Of a DNA stretch of 64,000 bases, positions 25,326 through 39,554 are shown in pieces; the stretch's first letter is position 1; every line of letters starts with the position of its first letter. Under the pieces are notes generated by a model. The model was not told where the DNA came from and did no database searches. It saw only the letters and a program-made list of their open reading frames with translations. The DNA is taken from NCBI RefSeq assembly GCF_018350175.1, contig NC_058383.1, forward strand, positions 24,244,001-24,308,000, in the 5' to 3' direction. Made by a program: the position numbers and the translations under genes. The DNA is from Felis catus. Its lineage: Eukaryota.

Positions 25326-25948
25326 AAGAAATTTCCAAATCAACAAAAATTGATGGAGTTTGTTGCTTGTACATGTGCCACACAAGGATGAACAATCTGA
25401 ATGAAAGGATACTGGATAGTCACTCAAAGCCATATAGAGAAATAGAAAACTCCAGTGAAGGTAACTGCATCGATAAATATGAAAATCAGAATTATGGTAT
25501 TTTCTGGTTTATAACACCTCTTTTTTTTCCTATATGACTTAAATAAATTCATGTAAATAACTGTAAAGATGTGTTAATAGGTATATAAATATGAAGATGC
25601 AGTTTGTGAAAATACTAACATAAAAGGTAGATGGAGACTGACAGGAGCAGAGCTTTTAATACTATTAAACCTAAATTAGTATTAATTATAATTAAGTTGT
25701 TTAAAGTGTTCATTGTATTCTCCAAATTATTCCTTAAGAAAATAACTAGAAAATACATACAAAAAAATGATAAGGGAATCAAAATGGAGAATATAAGGAA
25801 CAAAAAAAGGTATGATATATAAAATACAAATACCAAAATGGCAGATATAAGTCCTCCATTATCAGTAATTATTTTCAATATAAATGGATTAAACTCCAAT
25901 TAAAAAGTGAAGGTAATAGAAGGGATTTTTTAAAAATGATCCAGGGGT

Positions 25949-26118
25949 TAAGAGACTGTTAAAAACTGAGAACAAACTGAGGGTTGATGGGGGGTGGGAG
26001 GGAGGAGAGGGAGGGTGATGGGTATTGAGGAGGGCACCTTTTGGGATGAGCACTGGGTGTTGTATGGAAACCAATTTGACAATAAATTTCATATATAAAA
26101 TAAAAAAATAAAATAAAA
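25949..26118 (+). mobile_element. 170-bp L1 3'-end insertion
   Basis: Perfect 18-bp TSD taaaaatgatccaggggt (25931-25948 and 26119-26136). Confidence 0.94.
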
Positions 26119-26131
26119 TAAAAATGATCCA

Positions 26132-26356
26132 GGGGTGCCTGTGTGGCTTAGTCGTTAAGTGTCTGACTTCCGGCTCAGGTCATGATCTCACAGTTCCCGA
26201 GTTCAAGCCCCACCTTGGACTCTGTGCTGACAGCTCAGAGCCTAGAGCCTGCTTCAGATTCTGTGTCTCCTTGTCTCTCTGCCCCTATTCGGGTCATGCT
26301 CTGTCTCTGTCTCTCTCTCTCTCTCTCTCTCAAAAATAAATAAAACATAAAAAAAA
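26132..26356 (+). mobile_element. CAN-SINE
   Basis: Head, (CT)n and A tail. Confidence 0.92.
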
Positions 26357-26782
26357 TTTTAAGATCCAAAGATACAATTTTGTTAAAGGGAAAGAATGGA
26401 ATAAGATATTTCATGTAAATAGTAACCAAAAGAGAGCTACAGTAACTCAACTAATATAGGATAAAATAGGCTTTAAGTAAAAAATTGTTACAAGACACAA
26501 TCAGGGATATCATACACTTATGGAAGTGTCAATCAATCAAAAAGATGTAATAATTAAAAACATATTCATCTAACAAGAGAATTCCAAGAACCAAAAAAAG
26601 ACAACTGAAGGGAGAAATAGAAAGCTCTCTAATAATGCTTAACAACCTCAATACCCAGCTTTCAGTGATGGAGAGAACAACTAGACAGATGATCAGGAGA
26701 GGACTTAAACAACACAGTAAACTAACTTTACCTAAAAGACATACATAATACTCCATCCAAAAAGAGCAGAATATATATTATT

Positions 26783-26839
26783 CATTTTTAAAGAATGTTT
26801 ATTTATTTTGAGACAGAGCGAGTGTGTGAGTGGGGGAGG

Positions 26840-26883
<44 letters not shown>

Positions 26884-27006
26884 CCCAAGCAGGCTCCATG
26901 CTGTCAGTGCAGAGTCCCATAGGGGGCTTGACCTCATGAACCATGAGATCATGACCTGAGCCAAAATCAAGTCAGATGCTTAATAGGCTGAGTCAACCAA
27001 GCACCT
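26783..27006 (-). mobile_element. CAN-SINE with (GA)n
   Basis: Antisense head and tail; flanked by cagaatatatatt repeats. Confidence 0.92.
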
Positions 27007-28061
27007 CAGAATATATATTCTTAAGTGCACATGGAACATTCTCTAGGAAAGACTATATGTTAGACCACAAAACAAGTCTCAATAAATCTTTTAAAAAGGT
27101 TTAAATCACACAAACGATATTTTAGGACTGCAATGGAATGAAGCAAGAAATCAGGTGGAAAGTTACAAATGTGTGCAAATAAAACCAAAAAATGTGTGAA
27201 AATTATAGAAAAAAAATCTCTTAAACAACCAATGTGTCAAAGAAGAAATTCAAGGAAAATTAGAAAATATTTAAGGATAAATGAAACAAAAATACAACAT
27301 ACCAAAACATAGGAGATACAACGAAAGCAGTGCTGTGGAAAATTTATAGCTGTAAAGACCTACATTAAAAAAGAAGAAATATCTCAAATCATAACCTAAC
27401 TTTCCACCTTAAGGAAAAGGAGAAAGAAGAACAAGCTAAACCTAAAGCTAGCAGAAAAAAGGAAATAATAATGATTAAAGTAGAGACAAATAAAATAGAG
27501 AATAGGAAAACAATGAGCCAATTAAGAAAAACAGAAGTTTTTTTTCTTTGAAAAGGTCAACAAAATTAATAAACTTTTACATATACCTCCTAAAAAAGAG
27601 AATTACTAAAATCAGAAAGATGTGCACTTTCACACCAACTTGAAAGTAATACAAATAAGAAATATTAATAATAACTGCATAGCAACAAACTACACAACCT
27701 TGATGCAATGGGCGAAATCTTTGAAATGCAGATCCTGCCAATACTGACTCAAGAAGATATAGAAAATCTGAATAGACCTATAACAAGCAAAGATATTAAA
27801 TTACTATAAAAAACTTTCCAATTGAAAAAACAAAGTACTATATGGCTTCACTGGTGAATTATATGAAAACTTAGATAATAATTAACACCAATCCCCCTCA
27901 AACTTACCAAAATAAATAGAGAAAGGAATGCTTCATAACTCACTCTGTGAGGAAAGCATAACCTCAGTAACAAAGTCAGAGAGAGACATCACAAGAAAAT
28001 AAAATGTGAATAACAGATGCAAAAGTCATCAACAAAATCTAGTAAACTGAATACAGCAACA

Positions 28062-30278
28062 TTTTTTTAAGGTATATATTTTAATTCCAGTATGGTTAAC
28101 AGACAGGGTTACATTAGTTTCAGGTTTACAATGCATTGATTCAACAATTTTATACATTACTCAGTGCACCTCCCCTCTGGTGACCATCAGTTAGTTCTCT
28201 ATAGTAAAGAGTCTGTTTCTGTCTCTGTCTCTGTCTCTGTCTCTCTCTGTCTCTCTTCCTTCCCCCCCTCCCTCATTTTTTGTACTTTATTTCCTAAATT
28301 CCACACGAGTGAAATCATATGGTATTTGTCTTTCTCTGACTGACTTATTTTGCTTAGCAAAATACTCTCTAGCTCCATCCATGTTGTTGCAAGTGGCCAA
28401 ATTCTTTTTCATGGCCAAATTATATTCCATTGTATATATATATGCCACATCTTTATCCATTCATCTATTGAAGGACACTTGGGCTGACTTCATAATTTAG
28501 CTATTGTAAATAATGCTACAATGAACACAGGGGTGCATGTGTCCCTGTGAATTCATGTTTTTGTATTTTTGGGGTAAATACTTAGCAATGGAATTACTGG
28601 ATCTTATGGTAGTTCCATTTTTAATTTTTTGAGGAACCTCCATACCATTTCCCACAGTAACTCCACCAGTTTTCATTCTTACCAATAGTACACGAGGATT
28701 CTTTTTTCTCCACATCCTTATCAACACTTGTTATTCTTTGTGTTTTTGATTTTAGCCATTCTGACAGGTATGAGATGACATCTCATTGTAGTTTTGATTT
28801 GTATTTCCCTGATGATCAATGATGATGACCATCTTTTCATGTGTCTGTTGGCCATCTGGATGTCCTCTTTGTAAACATGTCTATTCATGTCTTCTGCCCA
28901 TTTTTAATTGAATCATTAGTTTTTGGGGTGTTGAGTTTTTTAAGTTCTTTATATATTTGGGATACTAACCCTTTAACAGATATGTCATATGCAAATATCT
29001 TCTCCCATTCCAGGGGGTGCCTTTTAGTTCTGTTGATTGTTTCCTTTTCTGTGCAGAAGCTTTTTATTTTGATGTAGTCCCAGTAGTTAAATATCTTTGC
29101 TTTTATTTCCCTTGCCTCAACAGACATATCTAGAAAAATGTTGCTATGGTCAATGTCAAAGAAATTATTGCTCATGCTCTCCTCTAGGATTTTTATGGTT
29201 CCAGGTCTCACATTTAGGTATTTAATCCATTTTGAGTTTATTTTTGTGTAGTATAAGAAAGTGGTACAGTTTCTTTTGCATGTAGCTGTCCAGCTTTCCC
29301 AGCACCATTTGTTGGAAGATACTTTTTCCCATCAGATATTCTTTCCTCCTTTGTCAAATATTAACTTACCATATAATGGTGGATTTATTTCTGAGTTTTC
29401 TATTCTGTTCTATGGATCTATGTGTCTATTTTTGTGCCAGTACCATATTGTTTTATTACAGTTTTGTAATATACTTCAAGTCTGGAACTGTGATACCTCC
29501 AGTTTTGCTTTTCTTTTACAAGACTGCTTTGGCTAATCATAGTCTGTTATGTTTCCATACAAATTTTAGGATTGTTTGTTCTAGTTCTGTGAAAAATGCT
29601 GTTGGTATATTGACTGGAATTGCATTAAATCTGTAGATTGCTTTGGGTAGTATAAATATTTTAACAATATTTGTTCTTCCAATCCAAGAACATGGAATGT
29701 TTTTCCATTTCTTTGTATCATGTTCAATTTTTTTCATCAATGTTTTATAGTTTTCAGGATACAGGTCCTTCACCTCTGTGGTTAAGTTCATTCCTAGGTA
29801 TTTTATTTTTGGTGCAATTGCAAATGGGATTATTTTCTTAATTTCTCTTTCTGCTGCTTTATTAGTGTATATAAATGCAATAGATTTCTGTACATTGATT
29901 TTATATCCTGAGACTTTACTGAATTCATTTATCAGTTATAGTAGTTTGGTGGAGTCCTTATGGTTTTCTAAATATAGTACCATGTCATCTGCAAAGAGTG
30001 GAAGTTTTCCTTCTTCCTTACCAATATAGTTGCATTCTATTTCTTTTTATTGTCTGATTACTATGGCTAGGACTTCCAGTACAATGTTGAATAGAAGTGC
30101 AGAGATTGGACATCCTTGTCTTTTTCCTGATCTTAAAGGGGAAAGCTTTCAATTTTCCTCCAGTGAGTATGATGTTGTGTGTTTTTCATCTAAGGCCTTA
30201 TTATGTCAAGGTATGTTCCCTCCAGACCTACTTTATTGAGAATTTTTACTATGAATGGATGTTGTACTTTGTCAAATG
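28062..30278 (-). mobile_element. 5'-truncated carnivore L1, about 2.2 kb, nested in the older plus-strand L1
   Basis: ORF2 3' peptides (28885..29211, 29537..29791); approximate TSD tacagcaaca (28052-28061) / tacagcagca (30279-30288). Confidence 0.9.
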
Positions 30279-30624
30279 TACAGCAGCAAATTAAAAGGAT
30301 TCTACACCATGACTAAGTAGGATTTGTCCCAGGAATGCAAAGATAGTTCAACAGAGAAAAATCAGTCCATGGAAACACACTACATTAATAGAAAGGAGGA
30401 AAAAAACCCATATAATCATCTTAATTTGTGCAGATAACAGATTTGACAAAACTCAACATCATTTCACGAAAAAACCCTCAAAAATTAGGAAAAGAAGGAA
30501 ACTTCAACATGATAAACGAGATTATGAAAAATCCACAGCTAAGATCACACTTAATGGTTTAAGAATGAAATTTTTCCCTCAAGACTAGGAAGAAGGTAAG
30601 TGTTTCTGTTTTCACCGTATCTTT

Positions 30625-31132
30625 CTTTTTTTGTTTTTGTTTTTCAATTTAAATTTTAATTAGCGGGGCGCCTGGGTGGCGCAGTCAGTTAAGCGTCCGA
30701 CTTCAGCCAGGTCACGATCTCGCAGTCCGTGAGTTCGAGCCCCGCGTCAGGCTCTGGGCTGATGGCTCGGAGCCTGGAGCCTGTTTCCGATTCTGTGTCT
30801 CCCTCTCTCTCTGCCCCTCCCCCGTTCATGCTCTGTCTCTCTCTGTACCCCTCCCCCCCCCAAAATTTTTTAATTAGCTAGGATACAGTGTAATATTGGT
30901 TTCAGGGGTAGAATCTAGTGATTCATCACTTACATACAACACCCAGTGCTCATCAGAACAAGTGCCCTCCTTAATACCCATCACTCATCTAGCCCATTGC
31001 CCACCCACATCCCTCCCATCAACCTTCAGTTTGTTCTTTATCATTAAGAGTCTCTTGTGGTTTTTTCCCCTTTATTCTCTCCCTGCCTTCCCATATGTTC
31101 ATCTGTTTTGTTTCTTAAGTTCCACATATGAG
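30625..31132 (-). mobile_element. Carnivore L1 3'UTR fragment with a nested CAN-SINE
   Basis: L1 3'UTR motif acacccagtgctcatc; flanks tgttttcaccgt / tgttttcaccat. Confidence 0.82.
30665..30866 (+). mobile_element. Young CAN-SINE (SINEC_Fc-like)
   Basis: CpG-intact head; TSD ttttaattagc. Confidence 0.94.
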
Positions 31133-31385
31133 TGTTTTCACCATTTCTATTCACATAGCACTAGAAGTCCTAGCCACAGCAATTAGGCAAGAAAAAAAAT
31201 TAAAGACATCCAAATTGGAGGGGAAGAAGTAAGCTTATTTCTATTTTTTCTATTTGCAGATGACATGATTTTATATGCAGAAAGCCCTAAAGAATCTACA
31301 AAAAAATCTATTAAAACTAATGAACATATTCAGCAACAATGGAGGATACAAGTTCAATACACAAAAATCAGCTGAATTAAAACAT

Positions 31386-31401
31386 TTTTTTAATGTTTTA
31401 T

Positions 31402-31458
<57 letters not shown>

Positions 31459-31606
31459 CAAGCAGAGGAGAGACAGAATCTGAAGCAGGCTCCAGGCTCT
31501 GAGCTGTCAGCACAGAGCCCGACACAGGTCTCAAACTCAGGAGCAGTGAGATCATAACCTAAGCCAAAGTTGGATGTGTAACTGACTAAGCCACCCAGGC
31601 ACCCCC
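31386..31606 (-). mobile_element. CAN-SINE with long (GA)n
   Basis: TSD cagctgaatt. Confidence 0.92.
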
Positions 31607-31888
31607 CAGCTGAATTTTTAGACACCATCAATGAACAATCTGAAAATAAAATTAAAAAGGAATTCCATTTGTAATAGCAGAAAAAAATAAAATAGTTAGG
31701 AATAAATTAAACCAAGGGGTTGCAGAAGTGTACACTGAAAACAATAAAATATTCCTCAATTAAATTAAAGACTACCTAAATACATGGAAAGAAATGTCTT
31801 CATGAATTACAAGACAATATAGTTAAGATAAAAATACTCCCCAAAGTGATTTACAGATTATGATCTTTTAAAAAAAATCCCATTTGCC

Positions 31889-32117
31889 TTTTTTTTTTTT
31901 AATTTTTTTTTTTTTAACGTTTATTTATTTTTGGGACAGAGAGAGACAGAGCATGAACGGGGGAGGGGCAGAGAGAGAGGGAGACACAGAATAGGAAACA
32001 GGCTCCAGGCTCTGAGCCATCAGCCCAGAGCCTGACGCGGGGCTCGAACTCACGGACCGCAAGATCGTGACCTGGCTGAAGTCGGACGCTTAACCGACTG
32101 CGCCACCCAGGCGCCCC
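31889..32117 (-). mobile_element. Young CAN-SINE (SINEC_Fc-like)
   Basis: Near-identical to the 8215-8440 copy; TSD gcc(t)n. Confidence 0.94.
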
Positions 32118-33692
32118 GCCTTTTTTTTTTTTTTTGCAGAAATAGAAAAGCCAAACCTAAAACTCATGTTGAATTGCACAGAACCCTAAACAGGCAAAAA
32201 CAAAAACAAAAACAAAAACAAAATTGAAGGCTCACATTTCCCATTTTCAACACTTACTACAAAACCATAGTAATCTCAAAAGTGTGTTACTGATCTAAGG
32301 ATAGATATAAACCCAGTGGAATACATCTGAGAATATGGAAATAAAGGACTTATATCATATGTCATATATACACATGATTCTTGACAATGGTGACAAGAGC
32401 ATCAATAAGGGAAAGAAGAGTCCCTTCAATAAATGGTCTTTTGACAAATAGATAATCTAAATGCAAAAGGTATGAACTTCGACCTGGATTTCATACCATA
32501 TATCCACTAAATGTGGATCCACTCATATCCACTAAAAGTGGATAAGAGGCATTAATATAACAGCTAAAACTATGAAATTCTCAGAAGAAAATGTACAGGT
32601 AAATCTTTATGACCCTAGGTTTAGCAAATGGGTTCTTTGACACACACAAGAGAAAAAGAGGTAAAGTGGATTTCATGAAAATTAAGAATTTCTGTGCACC
32701 AGAGGATATTATTAAGAGAGTCAAAAGGTATTTTGAGGATCATGTACCTGAAAGGGCTTAGTATCCAGAATATATAGAGAACTCTTACAACACACCAACC
32801 AAAATACAAGCAATCCAATTAAAAGATAGTCAAAGGACTTGAACACACAGTCCTCCAAAGAAGATATACAAATGACTAGCAAGCACATGAAAAGATGCTC
32901 AACACCATTACCGTTTAGGGAAGTGAAAATCAAAATCACAATGAGGTATCACTTTACACTCATTTGGATGGCTATAATAAAAAATGGAATGTATCAAGGA
33001 GTGGCAAGGATGTGGAGAAATTGTTACCTTCCTTTATTCTTGGTAGAAATGTAAAGTGTTGCAAAAACTATGGAAAACAGTTTAATGGTTCCTCAACAAA
33101 GTTGAGAATTAAATTACCATATGACCAAAAATTCTACTCTGAGGTTTATATTCAAAATAATTGAAAGCACATGCACAAACAATAATTTGTACCCACACGT
33201 TCATTGAAGCACTTTGGCTCACAAGAGTCAAAAGAGGAATCAATCCAAATGCCCATGAATGGATGACTAGATGAGCAATATGTTGTACATCCATTCAGTG
33301 TAATATTACTCAGTCATAACAAGGAGTGAAGTACTGATAAATGCCACACAACAGATGATTCTTGAAAACATTAAGCTAAGTAAAAAAAATTCAGACACAA
33401 AATGTCACATATTTGTATCATTACATTTATATGAGATATCCAGATAGGCAAATCCATAAAAACAGAAAGCAGATTAGTGGTTGCCAGGGGCTGAGGGGAT
33501 GGTGGGATGGGAGTACTGCTTAACAGATATGTGGTTTCCATTTCAGGTGATGAAAATGTTTTGAAATTAAATAATAGTGATGGCATATTAGGAATATACT
33601 TTATGCTACCACATTGTATACTTATTTAATATAGCTAAAATGGTAATTTTTATGTTGTATGTATTTACTACTAATAAAAAACATTTCCATTT

Positions 33693-33898
33693 GCGACACC
33701 TGGGTGGCTCAGTCGGTTGAGCATCTGACTCTATATTTCAGCTCAGGTCATGATTCCAGGGTTGTGGAATTGAGCCCCATGGCAGGCTCCACACTGAGCA
33801 TGGACCCTGCCTGGAATTCTGTCTCTCCCTCTCCCTTGGTCACTCTCCCCCACTCATGGACGCTCTTTCTAAGATAAAACAAACAACAAACAACAAAA
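33693..33898 (+). mobile_element. Older CAN-SINE
   Basis: cctgggtggctcagtcggttgagc head; flanks ttccattt. Confidence 0.88.
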
Positions 33899-36461
33899 CC
33901 CACTTCCATTTAATTTTAGGAAGAAGACAAAGATATCTACATTAATTCCTTTTATTATATATTAGAGGATCTAGCCTATGCAGTAAGAGGTGAAAGAAAA
34001 TAAGACAAAATGACTGAGGGAAAAAAAAAAACCCACCTTATTTTCATGCACGTTATAGGAATGTGCATATAGAAAATCCAAAGGAATGTATAGTTCTTAG
34101 AAATAATTTGAGAGTTTAATAAATTGTAAGGAAAGGCAACATTTAAATATTATCACAAGCAGGTGAATATATAACTTTGATAATATTTCATTTTTAATAA
34201 TAAATAATAAAAACACTCAGGAAGACAGTTATTAAATTTTTATAACAAAAATATAAAGCTAGAAAAAAGAATTTTAAAAGACCTAATCAAAAGGAAATAT
34301 ATATCATGTTCTTGAAGAGGATGATTCAAAATTATAAAGATGTTAGTTCTCCCCAAAATGATCTATAGATTTAATACACTTTGATTGATAATGCAAACAA
34401 TATTTTTTTATGAAATATAACCTACTTATTCTAAAACTTATACAGAGTAGCAAAGGGCCAGGAATAGTCAAAGACATACCTGAAGAAAAAGAATGGACTG
34501 GACGTCTTTCCCTACCAGGTGATAAGATTTATTATAAAGCCATAATGACTAAAATGCTGTGAATATGCTTCAAACATAACGTATCAGTGAAAAGACCACC
34601 TCCATACAAATGCACACATGAGGGGGATCTTGACGTATAACAGAATAGGTACTGCAGAGCAGTGAGGAAAGGGTGAACTATTTATCACATGTTGCCAGAC
34701 AACTGCTTATGCACTTGAGGGAAAAATCAATTCACCATATCATACCACACACAAAATATCAATCCCTATATAGAACACAGGAAGATAACTCTGTGCCTTG
34801 GAAAATTTTTTTTCACTGAAATATTTAGTACCACAAATTATGAAGGATGAGATTGGTAAAGGAAACAATTGGTTACATTAAAATTGCCATTAAAAGATAA
34901 CATTAACAAAAAGCTAAAAGTTCCAAACTGGGACAAATTTTGCAACACATCTGCAACTAACAAAAAGTCGGTAGTAGGAATATATAAATAACTCCTGAAA
35001 ATCAATAATCATAATAGACAAGCACGCACAAACAGATTTTATAGAAAAGGAAACACATGACTCATACTAATAACACTCAGCTTCATCAGTAAGTGGGAAA
35101 ATGAAGGTTTGAACTGCCATAAGATAGTATTTCATATCTCTAGTGTGGCACAAATTAAAGTTTGACAGTAAATTCTGGCAAGGATATGAGCAATAGGAAT
35201 TCTCATCTTCCTTTAGTGGGGCTGTAAAGGCACACAACCACTTTGGAAATGTTGGACATGGGTAGTCATGCTGGGCATTTACAAACCTTGCTATGACCTA
35301 GCAATTCCTTTCCTAACTATATACCACAGTGAAAGTCTTATACATATATACCAAAAGACACGTACAAAAACCTTCTAAATATCTAGTCTGCCATAATTCC
35401 AGAAACAGAAAACAACAGTATTTGTCTTCTAACTATCTCTTTTTTCTCTTTGGTATATCACATTGTGCCTTATGTTGACACACCACTTTTCTTTACCTCC
35501 GGGTTGGCTGGTTTTGTTTTTTAATTTTGGCTGTTTACGGTCATACATACAATCATGTGCCTTGTGAAGAGCCATTAACTAACAATACTCATGATAATGT
35601 ACTGAGAAAAATAAAAATAAAATGAAATAGAATTATTGGTCCTGACTGCTATTGGTATGTGAGCCCTCAAAAAGGAAGGAAACAATTTTCACTTGCCTTT
35701 GTATATTAGACACCGTGCCAGCACAAAGATATGAATGATGCTTGCATCCATTGACTTGACTTCCTATTCCAATCTTCTAGTCTTTCAAAAGTGTTTAAAA
35801 ACTAATCTCTACAGGAAGCATTTTTTGGTTTATCTCAACCTTAATATGAATTTGGAGGATTTTAATTCTTTTTTCGTGTGTATACTATGATCCATCAATT
35901 TTCATTTCTCTCTGCATGTCCTGTCAAATCTTTTTTTGTGCATATGATATGCATGTCTCCAAGGTCAATGTCAGCTCTATGGGACACTGTATTTCAAATT
36001 CACATCAAACGCACAATAAAAATCTATTAATGAAGTACACAGACCCTTTATTTCAGGAAAGTAATTTTGTTGTTTTCTTCCTCTTCACATACCCCAGGAT
36101 CATTATCACATACTGACAGACTTTATTCCCTGTAGTAGAATATACAGAAGCCATCTCAATCATTACCATTCCTGCTGGATGGTTAAACAGATACCACATG
36201 TGAAGCCACAGGTAAAGGTTAAAAAGAATCCTCAAACATTATCTTATTTTGGTTCTTATCCTTTTTCACATGTATACTATACTATATTTTCACTACTTCT
36301 TTCATTTCTTTTGGAATCATTTCATGTACATATAATACTTGTCTTTTTAGCTAGAATGTAAACAGAGGCTACAGATGAGATGGCAAATGAAAGTCACAGG
36401 AGCTTCCAAATATAATCCCCACTGAGTCACTGACAATTTTTCCCAGGAGTTTTTGACTTAC

Positions 36462-36579
36462 CTTTATTGAAGAATGTGCTAACCATAAAGCTGAAGAACA
36501 TTGTGGCGATAGCAAAACATAGCAAAAAAACGAAGACAAGAGATGGGTCACTGTATTGGATAACTGGCACAGGTTCTAT
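36462..36579 (-). CDS. ABCA coding exon 7 (118 nt): [39 protein letters not shown]
   Basis: Hand translation; acceptor ttttgctag|, donor AAG|gtaagt; phase 0 to 1. Confidence 0.94.
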
Positions 36580-36769
36580 CTAGCAAAACAATCAGGAAAC
36601 CAGTTGAGTCATACTCTGGTGTCACAGCAAAACAATAGAAGAGAAATGAAACATCTTTAAATATTTTAAAAGTCCTAGTGAAACTAATGACAAGCCTCAG
36701 GGACATGAGTAAACAATTCATTAACTACAGAAGGTCCACACACCTAGACTTAAAGTTTAGTTTGCTGGA

Positions 36770-36995
36770 GGGGCGCCTGGGTGGCTCAGTCAGTTGAGCA
36801 CCCAACTTTGGCTCAGGTCATGGTCTCATGGCTTGTGAGTTCAAGCCTTGTGTCAGGCTCTGTGCTGACAGCTCAGAGCCTAAAGCCTGCTTCAGATTCT
36901 GTGTCTTCCTGTCTCTCTGCCCCTCCCCTGCTCATGTTCTGTCTCTCTGTCTCTCTCTCAAAAATAATAAACATGTTTTTTAAATCTTAAAAAAA
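36770..36995 (+). mobile_element. CAN-SINE in the short intron between exons 6 and 7
   Basis: TSD aaagtttagtttgctg. Confidence 0.93.
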
Positions 36996-37153
36996 AGTTT
37001 AGTTTGCTGAGAGACTAAGCAGCACTTGAATTTCCAGAGCGGAGTCACCAATAGGCACATGTTCACTTCCTGAATCCAACAGAACCACACCATATGTATC
37101 CGTTTTTCCTCTCAGAGTTTAGCTATAGCCTGGACAGTGAAATAGACACTTGC

Positions 37154-37270
37154 CTTGGCAAAGAAAATAATGCACATCAAAAGGATGATAACTGAATACA
37201 AAGAGAGGAATGTGAAGAAATAGGCAGCCCAGAGCATCCAATTACTGAGTCCTATCATGAGCAGGTACTC
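37154..37270 (-). CDS. ABCA coding exon 6 (117 nt): EYLLMIGLSNWMLWAAYFFTFLSLYSVIILLMCIIFFAK
   Basis: Hand translation; acceptor ctcccacag|; GC donor AAG|gcaagt; phase 0 to 0. Confidence 0.92.
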
Positions 37271-37689
37271 CTGTGGGAGAATTAACACAAATCAACATCA
37301 TGTAAAACAATATAATATACAAAATGCTTTCACAAATATTATCTAAATTTCCACCACAATCAAAGTTGGCTAAATAAGAAATATTATCATGCCCAATTTA
37401 TAGACGAGATCAATGACTTGACTAAAATTACTCAGCTAGTGTGTGGGAGCTCTGTGATGCTTATAAGCCCATAGATGACCTCACCAATAATTTACCTGAT
37501 ATTGTTCAGGCATGAAACACCCTTAATAAAACTATAAACTACTTACATTAATATCCCCTTTCTTTTTATTATGCCTTCTTCTAGTAGGGCATAATATATT
37601 TTAATTCATTGTAATATAAATATATTTTATAAATGTAAACATGTAATGTAAGTATATTTTAATTCAATTACAAAAGATAAAAGCAAGTG

Positions 37690-38537
37690 GACAAATTTTT
37701 GGTCAAATTAGCTAAAAAATGAGAGAAGACTCATATTACTAAAATCCAAATGAAACTGGGGACATTACTTCTGATTTTACAGACATAAAAACAATCACTT
37801 AAAGCATACTATGAACAACTATATGCCAAAAAATTAGATAACCTATATAAAAGGTACAAGTTCCTAAAAACACACAAGCTATCAAAACTGAATCATGAAG
37901 AAAGAGAAAATCTGAACAGATCGATAATGGGGAATAAGATTAGACCATTAATTAAAAACTTCCAACAAAGTACATCCCTGGAGCAGAAGGCTTTACTGGT
38001 GAATTCTATCAAATATTTCAAAAAGAATAAACAATAATCCTTCTCAAACTCTTCCAAACACTTGAAGAGGAGGAAACTCATTTTATAAGTCTAGTGGTCA
38101 GACAGATACACATGAAAAGAAACTACAGACCAATATCCCTTGTGAATATTGACACAAAATTTTTCAACAAAATAGTATCAAACCAGATTTAGCAGCATGT
38201 TGAAAGGATTATACACCATGACCAAGTAGGATTTATTCATGGAATGCAAGGAGAGTTAAACATAGAAAATCAACCAATATAACACACCACATTAAGAGAA
38301 AACACATGATCATTTCAGTTGATGCAGAAATTCAAGACTGATAAAACATTCAACTAGAAATAGATGGGAACTTCCTCAACATAACAAAGGCCATATAAAA
38401 AAATAACAGCTAATATCATACTCTTTCACCTAAGATCAAGAGAAAATTAATGATACTAGCTTTCACTCCTATTCAACACAGTATTAGAAGTTCTAACCAG
38501 AGCAAATAAATATATAAATATATATATATATATACAC

Positions 38538-38568
<31 letters not shown>

Positions 38569-38890
38569 TATGTATATGTGTGTGTGTGTGTATCATATGG
38601 CATCCAAATTGGAAAGGAAGGAGTACTCTGTTTGCAGATGAGATGATCTTACATGTAAACCCCACAGATTCCACACATTAAAAAAAGTCATAATTAATAA
38701 ATGACTCATCAAAGTAGGAGAATACAAAGTCAACACACAAAAATCAGTAGAACTTCTATATACTATCAATGAGCAATCTGAAATGGAAATTAGGAAAACA
38801 ATTCCATTTACAATAGCATCAAAAAGAATAAAACACATAAGAACAAACTTAACCAAGGATGCAAAAGACTTGTACAATCGAAACAATGAA
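37690..38890 (+). mobile_element. Old L1 ORF2 fragment containing a TA/TG-rich microsatellite (about 38510-38592)
   Basis: Decayed RT motifs (aactacagaccaatatcc, caccatgaccaagtagg, tttgcagatgagatgat). Confidence 0.8.
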
Positions 38891-38969
38891 AAGTGAAAGA
38901 TCTCTACATTTTTGAAGCCAAAACACTCTCATAAAATTGGAAGAAAAATAGAAAATTAGATAAAATTTG

Positions 38970-39080
38970 CGCACCTGGGTGACTCAGTCCGTTAAGCATC
39001 TGACTCTTGATATCAGCTCAGGTCATGATCTCATGGTTGGTGAGATCAAGCTCCACATGGAGATCTGTGCTGACAGCACT
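38970..39080 (+). mobile_element. 3'-truncated CAN-SINE
   Basis: Head only (cctgggtgactcagtccgttaagc..gtgctgacagc). Confidence 0.85.
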
Positions 39081-39554
39081 GGCATTATCTACTAAAGTTA
39101 AATATGCATAATCTAACATTCAGCAAAAAATGTATAAAATATTCATAGAATTACTTACGATACCCAAACTCCAAACACAGAAGGAAAATAGGTAAGTTTT
39201 GATAGTCATACTATGGAATCTTAAAACTCCTATAACTCAATGAATATGAATGAACTACAGCTACATATTTAGCTGTAAAGAATCACACAGACACAATATA
39301 GTGCATGATTCCATTTATATCAAGTTCAAAACAGACAAAACTAACTCATGATATTAGAAATCAGGTTACTGTATACTTTAGGGAAAATGTTTTGAGGAAA
39401 ACACAATCAGACTTCTAGAGTGTTGGCAGTGTTTTATTTCTTACAGGATCATGATAATATGGGCATACTTTCTTTATGATAACCCATTCAATTCTACTAC
39501 AATAGTTTGAATGTTAGTGTTTCCTCAAAATTCTTAAGTTGAAAACCTAGTCCC

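Larger units (their letters stand above)
23500..33690 (+). mobile_element. Old near full-length L1 (5' region, ORF1 about 24400-25400, ORF2 about 25830-33300, 3'UTR) carrying many nested SINE and L1 insertions
   Basis: ORF1-like peptide at 24676..24963 (IMAEKFPNLMKDINVQIQKA) and ORF2 remnants that stay colinear across insertions. Ends approximate. Confidence 0.8.

Noticed and set aside
32499..32545. Duplicated atatccactaaa..gtggat hairpin-like motif
   Set aside because: A small local duplication inside a decayed L1, with no evidence of an RNA gene or function.
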